Below are positions 1-9,629 of a stretch of 64,000 nt of DNA, one piece after another. The stretch spans positions 576,001 to 640,000 of the forward strand of contig CAWBOS010000010.1 in assembly GCA_963790475.1 (NCBI GenBank), in the 5' to 3' direction. The notes under the pieces are model-generated. The model was not told where the DNA came from, did no database searches, and saw nothing but the letters and a program-made list of their open reading frames with translations. Made by a program: the position numbers and the translations under genes. Source of the DNA: an uncultured delta proteobacterium. Its GTDB lineage: Bacteria > Desulfobacterota > RBG-13-43-22. How positions within the stretch are numbered: the stretch's first letter is position 1; each line of letters opens with the position of its first letter.

Positions 1-1
1 C

Positions 2-241
2 TTGCTTGCGGATTGGGCAACATACATTACCACATCTGTTGAGCTTGCATCGGGGATAAGAGGCGATTCACCATTTATACCCTTATTTTCAAAAATACTA
101 ATCGCCTTTATACCGACCCAACTTCCCCTCGGAATCCTTGAGGGAGCAATAACGGCAGGCATGGTAGTCCTGCTTTATAAAAGGCGTCCTGACCTTCTTG
201 TGAAAATGCGCGTTTTAAAACCAGAGGAGGTGACGATATGA
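2..241 (+). CDS. cbiM: Cobalt ECF transporter S component CbiM (3' part, truncated by window start)
   Basis: ADWATY..TS.ELA and PTQLPLGILEGAIT motifs; lies upstream of cbiN/Q/O. Confidence 0.85.
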   Translation: MLADWATYITTSVELASGIRGDSPFIPLFSKILIAFIPTQLPLGILEGAITAGMVVLLYKRRPDLLVKMRVLKPEEVTI

Positions 242-570
242 GAAATCAAAAGTCAGAGTTCAGAGCTAAAGCAAAAAAACTAATTCTATACGGTGTTTCT
301 GCTCTACTGCTCGTCTTTTGCTTTCAATCTTTTGCCGTCAGCGGTGAGAAATGGGCCGGTATTGATGAGTCTGTGGTTAAGAAAGTTGCAAAAGAGCACG
401 GCAGGGAAGCAAAAGAGCCTCTGATAAACACAGACCAGGGAGACCTCCTCCTCTTTGTATTTCTCCTTGCAGGGGTAGTTGGAGGATTTGCAGCAGGATA
501 TTACTGGAGAATACTTATGGTTGAGAACGCGCCTAAAATGTCCAGATCGAAAGAAGTAATTAAAGGCTGA
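238..570 (+). CDS. cbiN: Cobalt transport accessory protein, CbiN-like
   Basis: Two TM segments around W.G.D...; QGDLLLFVFLLAG..GGF..GYYWR; ATGA overlap with cbiM. Confidence 0.7.
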   Translation: MRNQKSEFRAKAKKLILYGVSALLLVFCFQSFAVSGEKWAGIDESVVKKVAKEHGREAKEPLINTDQGDLLLFVFLLAGVVGGFAAGYYWRILMVENAPKMSRSKEVIKG

Positions 571-579
571 TCTTGCTTT

Positions 580-615
580 GTATGTGCAGGCTATCCAAGA
601 ACAGCCTGCACATAC
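580..615 (+). terminator. Perfect 13-bp intergenic hairpin (attenuator or mRNA stabiliser)
   Basis: gtatgtgcaggct / agcctgcacatac followed by ctgtttct. Confidence 0.5.
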
Positions 616-642
616 CTGTTTCTAAACACCAGGGATGCTTAA

Positions 643-1398
643 ATGGAATTATTTTCAGAACATTTTAAAAAAGGTCATATTCTTTCAAAGATTGATGCGA
701 GGCTAAAACTCCTCGTCGCCCTGACTATTCTTATAATGGTCCTGAGCTATAAAGGGTTTACCCTTCCATTGCTCGTGACAGTGATTTGCCTTTTTTTCTG
801 CATTAAAATGAAGATACCCTTAAGGATCTTTTTTTTGAGGTTTTCAGAACCACTCTTTATTGCCTCCATAATACTTTTCCTGAAGATCTTCTTTTCTGGG
901 AATGTCGTCCTTTTTTCTGCCGATATTTTAGGCATCAAGATTTGTGGATACAAAGACGGACTTATGGAAGGGTTAATGATAGCCTGCAGAATTTTAGGTG
1001 CCGTGTCCGTCACTGCCGTACTAGGATTTTCCACACCATTTACAGAATTCATGGCGGGCCTTTCCTGGTTTAAGGTTCCAAAGGGTTTTATCGAGGTATT
1101 GATGTTTGCCTACAGATATATTTTTGTACTCCTTGAAGATGCCATGGTCGTTTACAATGCACAAAAAAATCGCCTCGGCTATTCAAATATAAGGCGCGGA
1201 TTGGGATCTTTCGGCATTCTGTCAGGCTCATTAATACTCAGGGCATTTGATCACAGCCAGAATATTACAACCGCAATGGTTCAAAGAGGTTATGACGGCC
1301 ATATCCCCATGTTAAAACACAAGTCGTTCAAACCATCTGAGATTATTGTGTCGGTTCTGGTTATAATCGCAATGGGATTTGTATGGAAAATTCAGTAA
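643..1398 (+). CDS. cbiQ: Cobalt ECF transporter T component
   Basis: DAR.KL, YRYIFVL, AQ..RLGY and AM..RGYDG motifs. Confidence 0.9.
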   Translation: MELFSEHFKKGHILSKIDARLKLLVALTILIMVLSYKGFTLPLLVTVICLFFCIKMKIPLRIFFLRFSEPLFIASIILFLKIFFSGNVVLFSADILGIKICGYKDGLMEGLMIACRILGAVSVTAVLGFSTPFTEFMAGLSWFKVPKGFIEVLMFAYRYIFVLLEDAMVVYNAQKNRLGYSNIRRGLGSFGILSGSLILRAFDHSQNITTAMVQRGYDGHIPMLKHKSFKPSEIIVSVLVIIAMGFVWKIQ

Positions 1399-2255
1399 GA
1401 TTATCAATAAAAATAGATTCATTTAAATATTCTGACGGAACAAAAGCCCTTTCTGATATAAACCTTGAAATAAGGAGGGGGGAATTCGTCGGTCTCTTAG
1501 GCTCCAACGGTTCGGGCAAGACCACTTTGCTCAAAATTATGGATGGTCTGTTAAAAGATTTTTCCGGGAAGGCCCTGCTGGACGGACAGGAATTAAAAAA
1601 ATTATCCCCCAAGGAGATATACCGCAAGATGGGTCTTGTTTTCCAGAACCCTGACGATCAGCTCTTTGCCCCCACGGTCTTTGAAGACGTGGCTTTCGGG
1701 CCGATTAATATGGGCTTTCCCGAAAAGGAAATTACCGAGAGGACCATTCAGGCCTTGAAAGAGGTAGAGATGGAGGGCTATGAAAAGAAATCGATCCCTC
1801 ACCTGAGCTTCGGCCAGAAAAAAAGGATCTGCATCGCCGGGCTGCTGGCCATGGGCCACGAAATCCTCTTATTGGACGAGCCTACGGCCGGCCTCGATCC
1901 CATGGGCGAAACCAGGATGATGCACCTTTTGACCCGGTTGAACAAAGAAAATGGGGTGACTATGGTTATGGCCACCCACAGTGTGGATTTGGTCCCGGTG
2001 TTCTTGGACCGGCTTTATATCTTAAGCAAAGGCAAGATGGCCAGAGGCGGAACGCCGGAAGAGGTTTTCAACGCCCCTGAAGATATGAGCCAGGTCAAAC
2101 TCCGTTTGCCCCAGATCGCTGAATTGATCTATCGCTTAAAACATGAGGACCGTTTGCCCTTTGATAAAATCCCATTGACCGTGGGAAAGGCCAGAAGAGA
2201 CCTAATCCGGCTCTATGAGGGGACAAGGCCTAAAGGCGAGGCAGAGGGTTTATGA
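1383..2255 (+). CDS. cbiO: Cobalt ECF transporter ATPase
   Basis: GSNGSGKTT, FQNPDDQLF, LSFGQKKR, LDEPTAGLDP. Confidence 0.92.
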   Translation: MENSVRLSIKIDSFKYSDGTKALSDINLEIRRGEFVGLLGSNGSGKTTLLKIMDGLLKDFSGKALLDGQELKKLSPKEIYRKMGLVFQNPDDQLFAPTVFEDVAFGPINMGFPEKEITERTIQALKEVEMEGYEKKSIPHLSFGQKKRICIAGLLAMGHEILLLDEPTAGLDPMGETRMMHLLTRLNKENGVTMVMATHSVDLVPVFLDRLYILSKGKMARGGTPEEVFNAPEDMSQVKLRLPQIAELIYRLKHEDRLPFDKIPLTVGKARRDLIRLYEGTRPKGEAEGL

Positions 2256-3307
2256 GCACCCTGCGCTCCGGCTATACTACCGGGACCTGTGCTGCGGCAG
2301 CGGCTAAGGCCGCCGCGAGAATTCTCAGAGATGGGATTCAGGAAGAAGAAGTGGAGGTTGGGCTGCCCGATGGGGAACGGGTACGCTTTCCGGTGCTCCT
2401 GGCAAACCTGTATGAGGGATGCGGTCAGGCGGCGGTGCGCAAAGATGCCGGAGATGATCCGGATATTACCCACGGTGTTTTGATCAAGGCCACGGTCTCC
2501 TGGTTAACCGGAAAGGATATTGTCTTTGAAGCCGGCGAGGGCGTGGGAAGGATCACCAAACCGGGATTGATGCTGCCAGTCGGGGAAGCGGCCATCAATC
2601 ACGTACCGCGGGAGCAGATCCGTCGGGCCGTTCGGGAAATAACCGATCAAGGGTTACGGATCATCATATCTATCCCCGGGGGGGAGGAATTGGCCGCCAA
2701 GACTTTTAATCCCCGCCTGGGGGTGATGGGTGGTTTATCGATTCTGGGGACCCAGGGCCGGGTCCGTCCTTTCAGCTGTCCGGCCTTGCGGGAATCCTTA
2801 AGATGCACATTAAATGTGGCTTGGGCCGCAGGGGTCAAGGCCCCGGTTTTTGTCCCCGGCCATATCGGAGAAAGGGCCGCCAGAAAACACTTTTCCCTCC
2901 ATCCTGATCAGGTCATCGAAGTGAGCAATGAATGGGGCTTCATGCTGGACGGTCTGACCGAATATGACTTTGAACACCTGCTGGTCCTGGGCCACCCGGG
3001 GAAACTGGCTAAACTGGCGGAAGATCAGTGGGACACCCATTCTTCCCGATCAAAGAGTGCCCTGGCTTCTGTAGAAAAGACGGCCAAGGGGATTCTAAAA
3101 AGTTCTCTGCCGGTCAGTTCGACAGTAGAGGGATTTCTAATGGCCTTATCTTATGAGGAGAGAAATGCCCTCGGTGATCTGTTGGCCGGCCGGGTTAATG
3201 ATGCGGTCAGAGGCCGTCTTGGAAAACAGATAGAGACGGCCGCCGTATTGGTCAATCTGCAAGGAGAGTGGCTGGGCGCTTCCGGAAACCTGGAGCCTTG
3301 GCAATGA
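2252..3307 (+). CDS. cbiD: Cobalt-precorrin-5B C1-methyltransferase
   Basis: LRSGYTTGTCAAAAAKAA, KDAGDDPDITHG, NPRLGV.GGLSILGT. Confidence 0.95.
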   Translation: MSTLRSGYTTGTCAAAAAKAAARILRDGIQEEEVEVGLPDGERVRFPVLLANLYEGCGQAAVRKDAGDDPDITHGVLIKATVSWLTGKDIVFEAGEGVGRITKPGLMLPVGEAAINHVPREQIRRAVREITDQGLRIIISIPGGEELAAKTFNPRLGVMGGLSILGTQGRVRPFSCPALRESLRCTLNVAWAAGVKAPVFVPGHIGERAARKHFSLHPDQVIEVSNEWGFMLDGLTEYDFEHLLVLGHPGKLAKLAEDQWDTHSSRSKSALASVEKTAKGILKSSLPVSSTVEGFLMALSYEERNALGDLLAGRVNDAVRGRLGKQIETAAVLVNLQGEWLGASGNLEPWQ

Positions 3308-4032
3308 AAAAACCTGACATAACCATCGTCGGCTGTGGCCCCGGATCACCGGAGTATATAACACCTTTGGCCTTAAAGGTCATTAAGGGGGCGAAAATCC
3401 TGGTGGGGGCCAGGAGACTGCTGGATCTTTTCCCGGATCATCGGGCCGAGAGGGTCATCGAGATGGAGGACAAGGTGAAAACCGTTTTGGAAGAAATGGC
3501 CCTTTGCCAGGACCGTCCCATGGTTGTGCTGGTTTCCGGCGATCCCGGTCTGTCCAGTCTGGCCCGCCCGGTGATCGGGCGGTTTGGGCGAGAGGCCTGC
3601 CGGGTCATACCGGGAGTCAGCTCGATCCAGGTGGCCTTTGCCCGTTTAGGTATGGATTGGGGGAAGGCCCGGATCATAGACGCCCATAGCCAGGATCCAA
3701 AAACGGATTTGCAGGAAATCCTTGATTCAGGTGTGGAGAAGGTAGCCGTTTTGGGGGGCCGCCAAGGTTCTTTGGAGTGGCTGGCCAAGGCCTTGCAAGG
3801 CTTGAACTCCGACTGCGCCCTTTATGTTTGCGAAAATTTAACCCTGGCCGATGAGAAGATTCGTCTGGTAGAAGCAAAGGATTTGAGGAAGATTACCGTT
3901 TCTTCTCGGACTATTTTTTTAGTTGTCAAAAATCATGACAAAGGATTGAAGAGGTCTAGTGAAAGGTATTCAGTCAAATCCTCGAACCCTGGACCCCTGG
4001 AATCCTCGGCCCCCTTTGACTTAACTCTATAG
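3304..4032 (+). CDS. cbiE: Cobalt-precorrin-7 C5-methyltransferase; last codons replaced by IS1380
   Basis: IVGCGPG, SGDPGL, IPGVSSIQVAFARLG, ENLT..DEKI; ATG at 3304 overlaps the cbiD stop. Confidence 0.88.
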   Translation: MKKPDITIVGCGPGSPEYITPLALKVIKGAKILVGARRLLDLFPDHRAERVIEMEDKVKTVLEEMALCQDRPMVVLVSGDPGLSSLARPVIGRFGREACRVIPGVSSIQVAFARLGMDWGKARIIDAHSQDPKTDLQEILDSGVEKVAVLGGRQGSLEWLAKALQGLNSDCALYVCENLTLADEKIRLVEAKDLRKITVSSRTIFLVVKNHDKGLKRSSERYSVKSSNPGPLESSAPFDLTL

Positions 4033-5556
4033 TGGCATAAAAAAAGTTTAATAAAAGTAATAAAGAGCTTGAAAGGTGGCTCCAGTATTGGTTAAAGTGA
4101 GATTAGCACATCACACAATTTTCCGTCACTGGAGGCCACCTAAGGTGAAGTATAGCAAAAGGCATTTTTTTAGTCGAGCATATAAAACTCTTCAGATCCG
4201 ATTTGAAGATCAGAAACTTACATCCTTTTCAGGTTTGATAATTTTTCATCCTTTGTTTCAGAAACTGGGTTTGAAAGAACGACTGCGCCAGTGTTTTCGT
4301 CACCTGCACGTCTCGGAAATTATAGGACATCATGTAATTATGATGCTGCTGATTATCCATATTCTTTTGGGCTTTCGAAGACTCCGGGATATGGACTATT
4401 ATAAAGATGATCCTTTGGTTCAAAGACTATTAGGAATGAAACGCCTCCCGGATGTCTCTACGGTTTGTCGCGCCTTAAAAAGTACCGATCCAAAAGCCAT
4501 CCAAAAAATCCGAGAACTGAACCGCCAGATGGTTATCGAACGTCTCCAAAAAACTGGTCTGAGTCGATTAACCGTTGACTTTGATGGATCAGTTTTATCT
4601 ACATCCCGAAAAGCCGAAGGCACGGCGGTTGGATTTAACAAGAAAAAGAAGGGAGCCCGAAGTTACTATCCCCTTTTTTGTACCATTGCCCAAACCGGAC
4701 AAGTATTTGATTTCTATCATCGCCCCGGCAATGTCCATGATTCGAATGGGGCCAGTGAGTTTATCCATCAATGCCTTAGCTGGCTCAAACAAGAACTGCC
4801 GGGTATTACGCTTGAGGTCCGGATGGATAGCGCTTTTTTCAGCCAGGAAATAGTTGCCTTATTAGACCAGGAATCCATCGAATTTACCCTCAGCGTTCCT
4901 TTTGAACGCTTTGCCGAATTAAAATCGATGATTGAAAATCGAGTGCGTTGGCGTCATTTAAATAATCGCTGGTCGTATTTTGAAACCCCCTGGAAACCGA
5001 AAAAATGGCCGGTAAAGTTCCGTTTTGTTTTTATACGACAACGATGCAAGCAAATCCAAAAAGCCCCGATTCAATTGGATCTCTTTATCCCTTTAGAATA
5101 TGGGTACGAGTATAAGGTCATCGTAACCAACAAGAGGATTTCTGCTAAAAAGATCCTGGTCTTTCACAATGGTCGAGGAAGTCAGGAGAGTGTCTTTGGG
5201 GAATTGAAATCCCAAAGCCAACTGGATTATATTGCGGTTAAGAAACTTTCAGGAAACCAATGTTACATGATAGCGGCTATTTTTGCCCATAACCTGAACC
5301 GGGAATTACAAATGGCTACCCGGGATAGAGATCGAGGAACCTCCGAGAAAAGAACCCCGCTTTGGAATTTTCATGAATTAAAATGGATCCGCCATCGTTA
5401 TATTCAAAGAGCAGGAAGACTCACAGCACCCCAGGGTAACCTGACTCTTACTATGAGTGGTAATGAAGTCGTTAAACATGGTTTGTTCGAATTCTTAGAT
5501 ACTTTTAAAATGGCAGCATAATTCAAAATTTGGCGATTTCTTTTGCAACGTTTAGG
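4025..5556 (+). mobile_element. IS1380-family insertion sequence
   Basis: TTAA direct repeats at 4021-4024 and 5557-5560; imperfect IRs ctctatagtggcataaaa / (rc) cctaaacgttgcaaaaga. Confidence 0.8.
4145..5521 (+). CDS. IS1380-family DDE transposase
   Basis: DFDGSV..., G.RSYYPL, RPGNVHDSNGA, RMDSAFF, HNGRG.QE; GTG start after GGAGG. Confidence 0.9.
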   Translation: MKYSKRHFFSRAYKTLQIRFEDQKLTSFSGLIIFHPLFQKLGLKERLRQCFRHLHVSEIIGHHVIMMLLIIHILLGFRRLRDMDYYKDDPLVQRLLGMKRLPDVSTVCRALKSTDPKAIQKIRELNRQMVIERLQKTGLSRLTVDFDGSVLSTSRKAEGTAVGFNKKKKGARSYYPLFCTIAQTGQVFDFYHRPGNVHDSNGASEFIHQCLSWLKQELPGITLEVRMDSAFFSQEIVALLDQESIEFTLSVPFERFAELKSMIENRVRWRHLNNRWSYFETPWKPKKWPVKFRFVFIRQRCKQIQKAPIQLDLFIPLEYGYEYKVIVTNKRISAKKILVFHNGRGSQESVFGELKSQSQLDYIAVKKLSGNQCYMIAAIFAHNLNRELQMATRDRDRGTSEKRTPLWNFHELKWIRHRYIQRAGRLTAPQGNLTLTMSGNEVVKHGLFEFLDTFKMAA

Positions 5557-5570
5557 TTAAGAAAGCTTTT

Positions 5571-6302
5571 ATGAAAACACTTGGGAAACTTTATGGTATC
5601 GGAGTAGGTCCCGGAGACCCGGAATTGATGACCATCAAGGGGGCCAAACTCCTTTCGACATGCCGGATGGTCTTTGTCCCCAAATCCCGGGAAGAGCGGG
5701 ACAGTGCTGCCTTGAAGATCGCCGGTCCATTCCTGGGCCGGGATTCCCAGGTCATGGAATTGATGTTCCCCATGATCACCGACCCGAAGGCACTATCCAA
5801 TTATTGGGATGAGGCCGCCCAAAAAATCGCCGACTATCTCCTGCAAGGGCATAACTGCTGCTTCCTGACCCTGGGCGACCCCTTGCTCTATTCCACCTAT
5901 ATTTATCTTTTACGTCATCTGCGTAAAAAAATCCCTGAGCTTACGGCCTTGACCGTCCCGGGGGTAAACGCCTTCAGCGCCGCCGCGGCCCTGGCCGAAT
6001 TTCCAGTGGGAGAGGCCAAGGCGCCGGTGACGATCATCCCCACGGCCGACGATCTGGCCATGGTCGAACAGGCATTGAAAAAGGGCGGAACAGTGGTCCT
6101 AATGAAGATTGGAAAACGTTTGGCCAAGATTCTGGACCTTTTAGAAAAGCTGGGGCTCATGGATCAAGCCGTCTTTGTGGCCCGGGCCGGGCAGGAAGGA
6201 CAGAGGATAGAATTCGATTTACATCGATTGAAGGCAGAGGACCCTGAGGCCGGGTATCTTTCCATAATCCTGGTTCATGCCGAAGGAAAGGAAAAATCAT
6301 GA
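5571..6302 (+). CDS. cbiL: Cobalt-precorrin-2 C20-methyltransferase
   Basis: GKLYGIGVGPGDPELMTIK, FLTLGDPLLYST, VLMK, YLSII. Confidence 0.92.
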   Translation: MKTLGKLYGIGVGPGDPELMTIKGAKLLSTCRMVFVPKSREERDSAALKIAGPFLGRDSQVMELMFPMITDPKALSNYWDEAAQKIADYLLQGHNCCFLTLGDPLLYSTYIYLLRHLRKKIPELTALTVPGVNAFSAAAALAEFPVGEAKAPVTIIPTADDLAMVEQALKKGGTVVLMKIGKRLAKILDLLEKLGLMDQAVFVARAGQEGQRIEFDLHRLKAEDPEAGYLSIILVHAEGKEKS

Positions 6303-7057
6303 AGGTTTATTTCGTGGGCGCCGGGCCGGGAGATCCTGATCTTTTGACCGTCAAGGCCGAAAAACTTTTAAAAACCTGTCAATATTGCATCTATGCCGGC
6401 TCCCTGGTCAGTCCCGAGGTTCTTCAAATATTACCCGAAAAGGCCCAAAAATATGATTCGGCCGGGTTATCCCTGAAAGAAATTATAGCCCTGTGCCTTA
6501 AGGCCAAAGGACTGGGTCTGGACGCCATCCGTCTCCATTCCGGAGACCCCTCCATTTATGGGGCCATTCGGGAACAGATGAATGAGTTGGATCTTTTGGG
6601 CATCGACTATGAGGTTGTCCCCGGAGTCAGTTCCTTTCAGGCCGCTGCTGCGGCCTTGAAGACCGAACTCACCGCACCTGAAGTTTCGCAGACCATCATC
6701 CTGACCAGGACCTCCGGGCGCACCCCCATGCCCAAGGGGCAGGAACTGGATTCTTTGGCCCGTCTGAAGGCCACCCTATGTATCTTTCTTTCCATAGACC
6801 GCCTCGACTCCATCGTTGAAATCCTGGCCCCTTACTACGGCCCGGATTGTCCGGCCGCCGTGGTCTACCGGAGTTCCTGGCCGGATCAACAAATCATCCG
6901 GGGGACCTTGCTGGACCTTCCGGAAAAGGTACGCTCGACCGAAATCAGTAAAACCGCATTGATCCTGGTAGGTCAGGCCTTGGCCCGGAACATTCCGGCC
7001 TCCAGACTCTACGACCAGGGATTCAGCCACGGCTTTCGCCAAGGAGACCAGGTATGA
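6299..7057 (+). CDS. cbiF: Cobalt-precorrin-4 C11-methyltransferase
   Basis: VYFVGAGPGDPDLLT, YAGSLV, RLHSGDPSIYGA..EQ, S.LYD..FSH.FR. Confidence 0.95.
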   Translation: MKVYFVGAGPGDPDLLTVKAEKLLKTCQYCIYAGSLVSPEVLQILPEKAQKYDSAGLSLKEIIALCLKAKGLGLDAIRLHSGDPSIYGAIREQMNELDLLGIDYEVVPGVSSFQAAAAALKTELTAPEVSQTIILTRTSGRTPMPKGQELDSLARLKATLCIFLSIDRLDSIVEILAPYYGPDCPAAVVYRSSWPDQQIIRGTLLDLPEKVRSTEISKTALILVGQALARNIPASRLYDQGFSHGFRQGDQV

Positions 7058-7854
7058 AACTGGCCCTGATCAGCCTCTCCTGGGAAGGGGCGACGCTGGC
7101 CTTTCGTCTTCAAAAAGCGTTGCCGGAAGGGGAGGTTTTTTTGCATCGACAGGTCCCATCGAAATTGCCGGCTAAACGATTCGACAGCATTTTGGCCCTG
7201 ACTGAAGAGATATTTCCGCAATACGAAGGGTTGATCTACATCATGCCTGCCGGGGTGGTTATCAGGAGCTTGGCTCCTTACCTTAAGCACAAAACCCAAG
7301 ACCCGGCGGTCGTGTCCGTGGATGTGGGCGGGAGGTTTGCCATAAGCCTGCTCAGCGGCCATGAGGGAGGGGCTAATGACCTGGCCCTTGTGGTCGGGAA
7401 TATCTTACGGGCCGAACCGGTCATCACCACTACCACGGAGGCCCTGAAATCACTGATTGTCGGGATCGGTTGCCGACGGGGTGCCGGAGCGGAAGCCATC
7501 ATTGCCGCTGTGCAGACCGCTTTGAAGGAAAGCTCTTTGGGAATCAACCAGGTCCGTTATTTAGCCTCGGCCGACATCAAGGCCGATGAAAAAGGACTGG
7601 TTGATGCGGCCAAAAAGTTGCAGATCCCTTTGCGATTTATCCCTTCCCAGGAGATACGCACCACCATCAAAGCCTTTGAACACTCGGAGTTTGTAAAAAA
7701 GAAAGTCAATCTGCCGGCCGTGGCCGAAGCCTCAGCCTTGCTGGCAGGAAGGAGGACCCAATTAATTCTATCCAAGAAGATCTTCAACGGGGTGACCGTG
7801 GCCATCGCCAGGGAAAACTTTTTGTGGTCGGCATCGGACCCGGAGGACCGTTAG
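7054..7854 (+). CDS. cbiG: Cobalt-precorrin-5A hydrolase
   Basis: K..DPAVV..D..G.FAISLLSGHEGGAN, PVITT.T, GIGCRRG, VAEASAL, GVTVAIA. Confidence 0.92.
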   Translation: MKLALISLSWEGATLAFRLQKALPEGEVFLHRQVPSKLPAKRFDSILALTEEIFPQYEGLIYIMPAGVVIRSLAPYLKHKTQDPAVVSVDVGGRFAISLLSGHEGGANDLALVVGNILRAEPVITTTTEALKSLIVGIGCRRGAGAEAIIAAVQTALKESSLGINQVRYLASADIKADEKGLVDAAKKLQIPLRFIPSQEIRTTIKAFEHSEFVKKKVNLPAVAEASALLAGRRTQLILSKKIFNGVTVAIARENFLWSASDPEDR

Positions 7855-8540
7855 ACCGAACCCTGCGGGCCGAGAAGGCCATCGGCCAAAGCACAATTAT
7901 TGTGGGTTATGCCCGTTATCTGGAGCTGATAAAAGACCTGATCCGGAGCAAGGAGATTATCTCCTCCGGGATGCGTCAGGAAAAAGAACGCTGCCTGATG
8001 GCCCTTCGACGGGCCCTGGAGGGAAATACCGTTTCCCTGATCTCCTCCGGGGATCCCGGTATTTACGGCATGGCCGGCTTGGTCCTGGAGCTGTCCGCCT
8101 CGGTAGGATTTCAAGTCCCCATTGAAATTGTTCCCGGTGTCTCGGCCTCGAATGCCGCCGCGGCTAAGTTAGGGGCCCCCATTATGCTCGACTATGCCTC
8201 AATCAGTCTGAGCGATCTGCTGGTTCCCTGGAAAACCATCTTGGGGCGCTTGGAGGCCGTGGCCCAGGCCGACCTGGTAACCGTCCTGTATAATCCTAAG
8301 AGCAAAAAGCGGGTACGCCAATTGGATGAGGCCATAAACCTCTTCAGAGGCTTCCGTCCGGGATCGACGCCGGTGGGGATCGGGACAGCCATCGGAACTG
8401 ATGAGGAACATTTCGTCCTGACTGATTTAACCCACTGCCTGGGCTTTGATATTTCCATGAGGAGCATTCTCATTGTGGGAAATAAATCTTCAACAAACCT
8501 TAAAGGCTGGTTCATTACCCCCAGAGGATATAGCCTGTGA
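7761..8540 (+). CDS. cbiH: Cobalt-precorrin-3B C17-methyltransferase (start uncertain: ATT 7761 or GTG 7824)
   Basis: GKLFVVGIGPG, SSGDPGIYGMAG, ISLSDLLVPW, LYNPKSK, ITPRGY. Confidence 0.88.
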   Translation: MNSIQEDLQRGDRGHRQGKLFVVGIGPGGPLDRTLRAEKAIGQSTIIVGYARYLELIKDLIRSKEIISSGMRQEKERCLMALRRALEGNTVSLISSGDPGIYGMAGLVLELSASVGFQVPIEIVPGVSASNAAAAKLGAPIMLDYASISLSDLLVPWKTILGRLEAVAQADLVTVLYNPKSKKRVRQLDEAINLFRGFRPGSTPVGIGTAIGTDEEHFVLTDLTHCLGFDISMRSILIVGNKSSTNLKGWFITPRGYSL

Positions 8541-9295
8541 TCCTGCTTCTGGGAGGAACCAGCGAATCCGTTTTTCTGGCCTCTCATCTGGCCGGGCAGG
8601 GATATCCGGTACTGGTTTCAACGGCCACGGACACCCCCATGGACATCAGAAAGCATCCCTTGATATCCCGGAGAAATGGTGACCTGAATGAAGAGGAATT
8701 GATCCATCTTGTCCGTTCTCAGAATATCCGGGCCATTATTGATACCACCCATCCCTACGCCGAAAAAATCAGCGTCCTGGCCCAAAAGACGGCCCAGGCC
8801 CTGGCTATTCCCTATTTTTTATGGGACCGTCCGGCAGTGGTCCCCAGGGATCAAGGTTTTTTATTCGCCAAGGATCATGAACAAGCGGCTGGCCTGGCTT
8901 TTTCCATTAACCAGCCGGTATTGCTGACCACCGGGTCCCGCAATTTGAGGCCTTATGTTGAACAGAGCCTACAAACCCGTATCCCCTTTTGGGTCCGGGT
9001 ACTTCCCCAGGTCAGTTCTTTGGAGGCCTGTCGTCTGGCAGGGATTCAGGAGGATCGTATCCTGACCGGGCGTGGACCATTTTCCGTTGAAGATAATAAA
9101 GCGGTAATCAAAAAATATTCCATAGGGGTCCTGGTTACCAAGGACAGTGGCTTTCCTGGCGGTGTCTTGGAGAAATTAGAGGCTGCCCGACAGGAAAATT
9201 GTCAGGTAGTGGTCATTGAACGGCCCACTGACCCGCCGGGAAAAAAATTTCAACGGATTGAGGATTTGTTGGCAGCGTTGAATCAGAGAATTTAA
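8537..9295 (+). CDS. cbiJ: Cobalt-precorrin-6A reductase
   Basis: ILLLGGTSES, ID.THPYA, LTTGS, RGPFS, LVTKDSG..GG. Confidence 0.93.
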   Translation: MILLLGGTSESVFLASHLAGQGYPVLVSTATDTPMDIRKHPLISRRNGDLNEEELIHLVRSQNIRAIIDTTHPYAEKISVLAQKTAQALAIPYFLWDRPAVVPRDQGFLFAKDHEQAAGLAFSINQPVLLTTGSRNLRPYVEQSLQTRIPFWVRVLPQVSSLEACRLAGIQEDRILTGRGPFSVEDNKAVIKKYSIGVLVTKDSGFPGGVLEKLEAARQENCQVVVIERPTDPPGKKFQRIEDLLAALNQRI

Positions 9296-9334
9296 GTTCG
9301 GAGTTCGGAGAAAAAAGATCAAACCAACGATAGT

Positions 9335-9602
9335 AACAATCTCGTAAATAATCACAAAAGCCCCTTTTCGTCATTCCGGGGTCGGAGGCTGTGTCGTAAT
9401 TACTTAAAGCGTCATCAAAGTCGTCATACCGGCGAAAGCCGGTATCCAGAACTTATTTGAAATACTATATTCCGTGTCGCGCTTCGCTTGCACGGAATGA
9501 CATAAATGTAATTGTGACACGGTTTCTTGCCCCGGCTTTGCCCCCGGATCAAGTCCGGGGCGGGCTTGGTGACGGCGGAAGGGATTTTTTTATGAAACCA
9601 TC
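9335..9602. repeat. Nested MITE/REP-like elements
   Basis: Inner TIRs gaggctgtgtcgtaattac (9385-9403) / gtaattgtgacacggtttc (9508-9526) enclose the core gtcataccggcgaaagccggtatccag; outer ends resemble the 22177 MITE. Confidence 0.65.
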
Positions 9603-9629
9603 AATACCGGCAAATTCTGAGGTTTTTGG

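Noticed and set aside
1-240. Cobalamin riboswitch for the cbi operon
   Set aside because: The window starts inside cbiM, so the leader is not visible.
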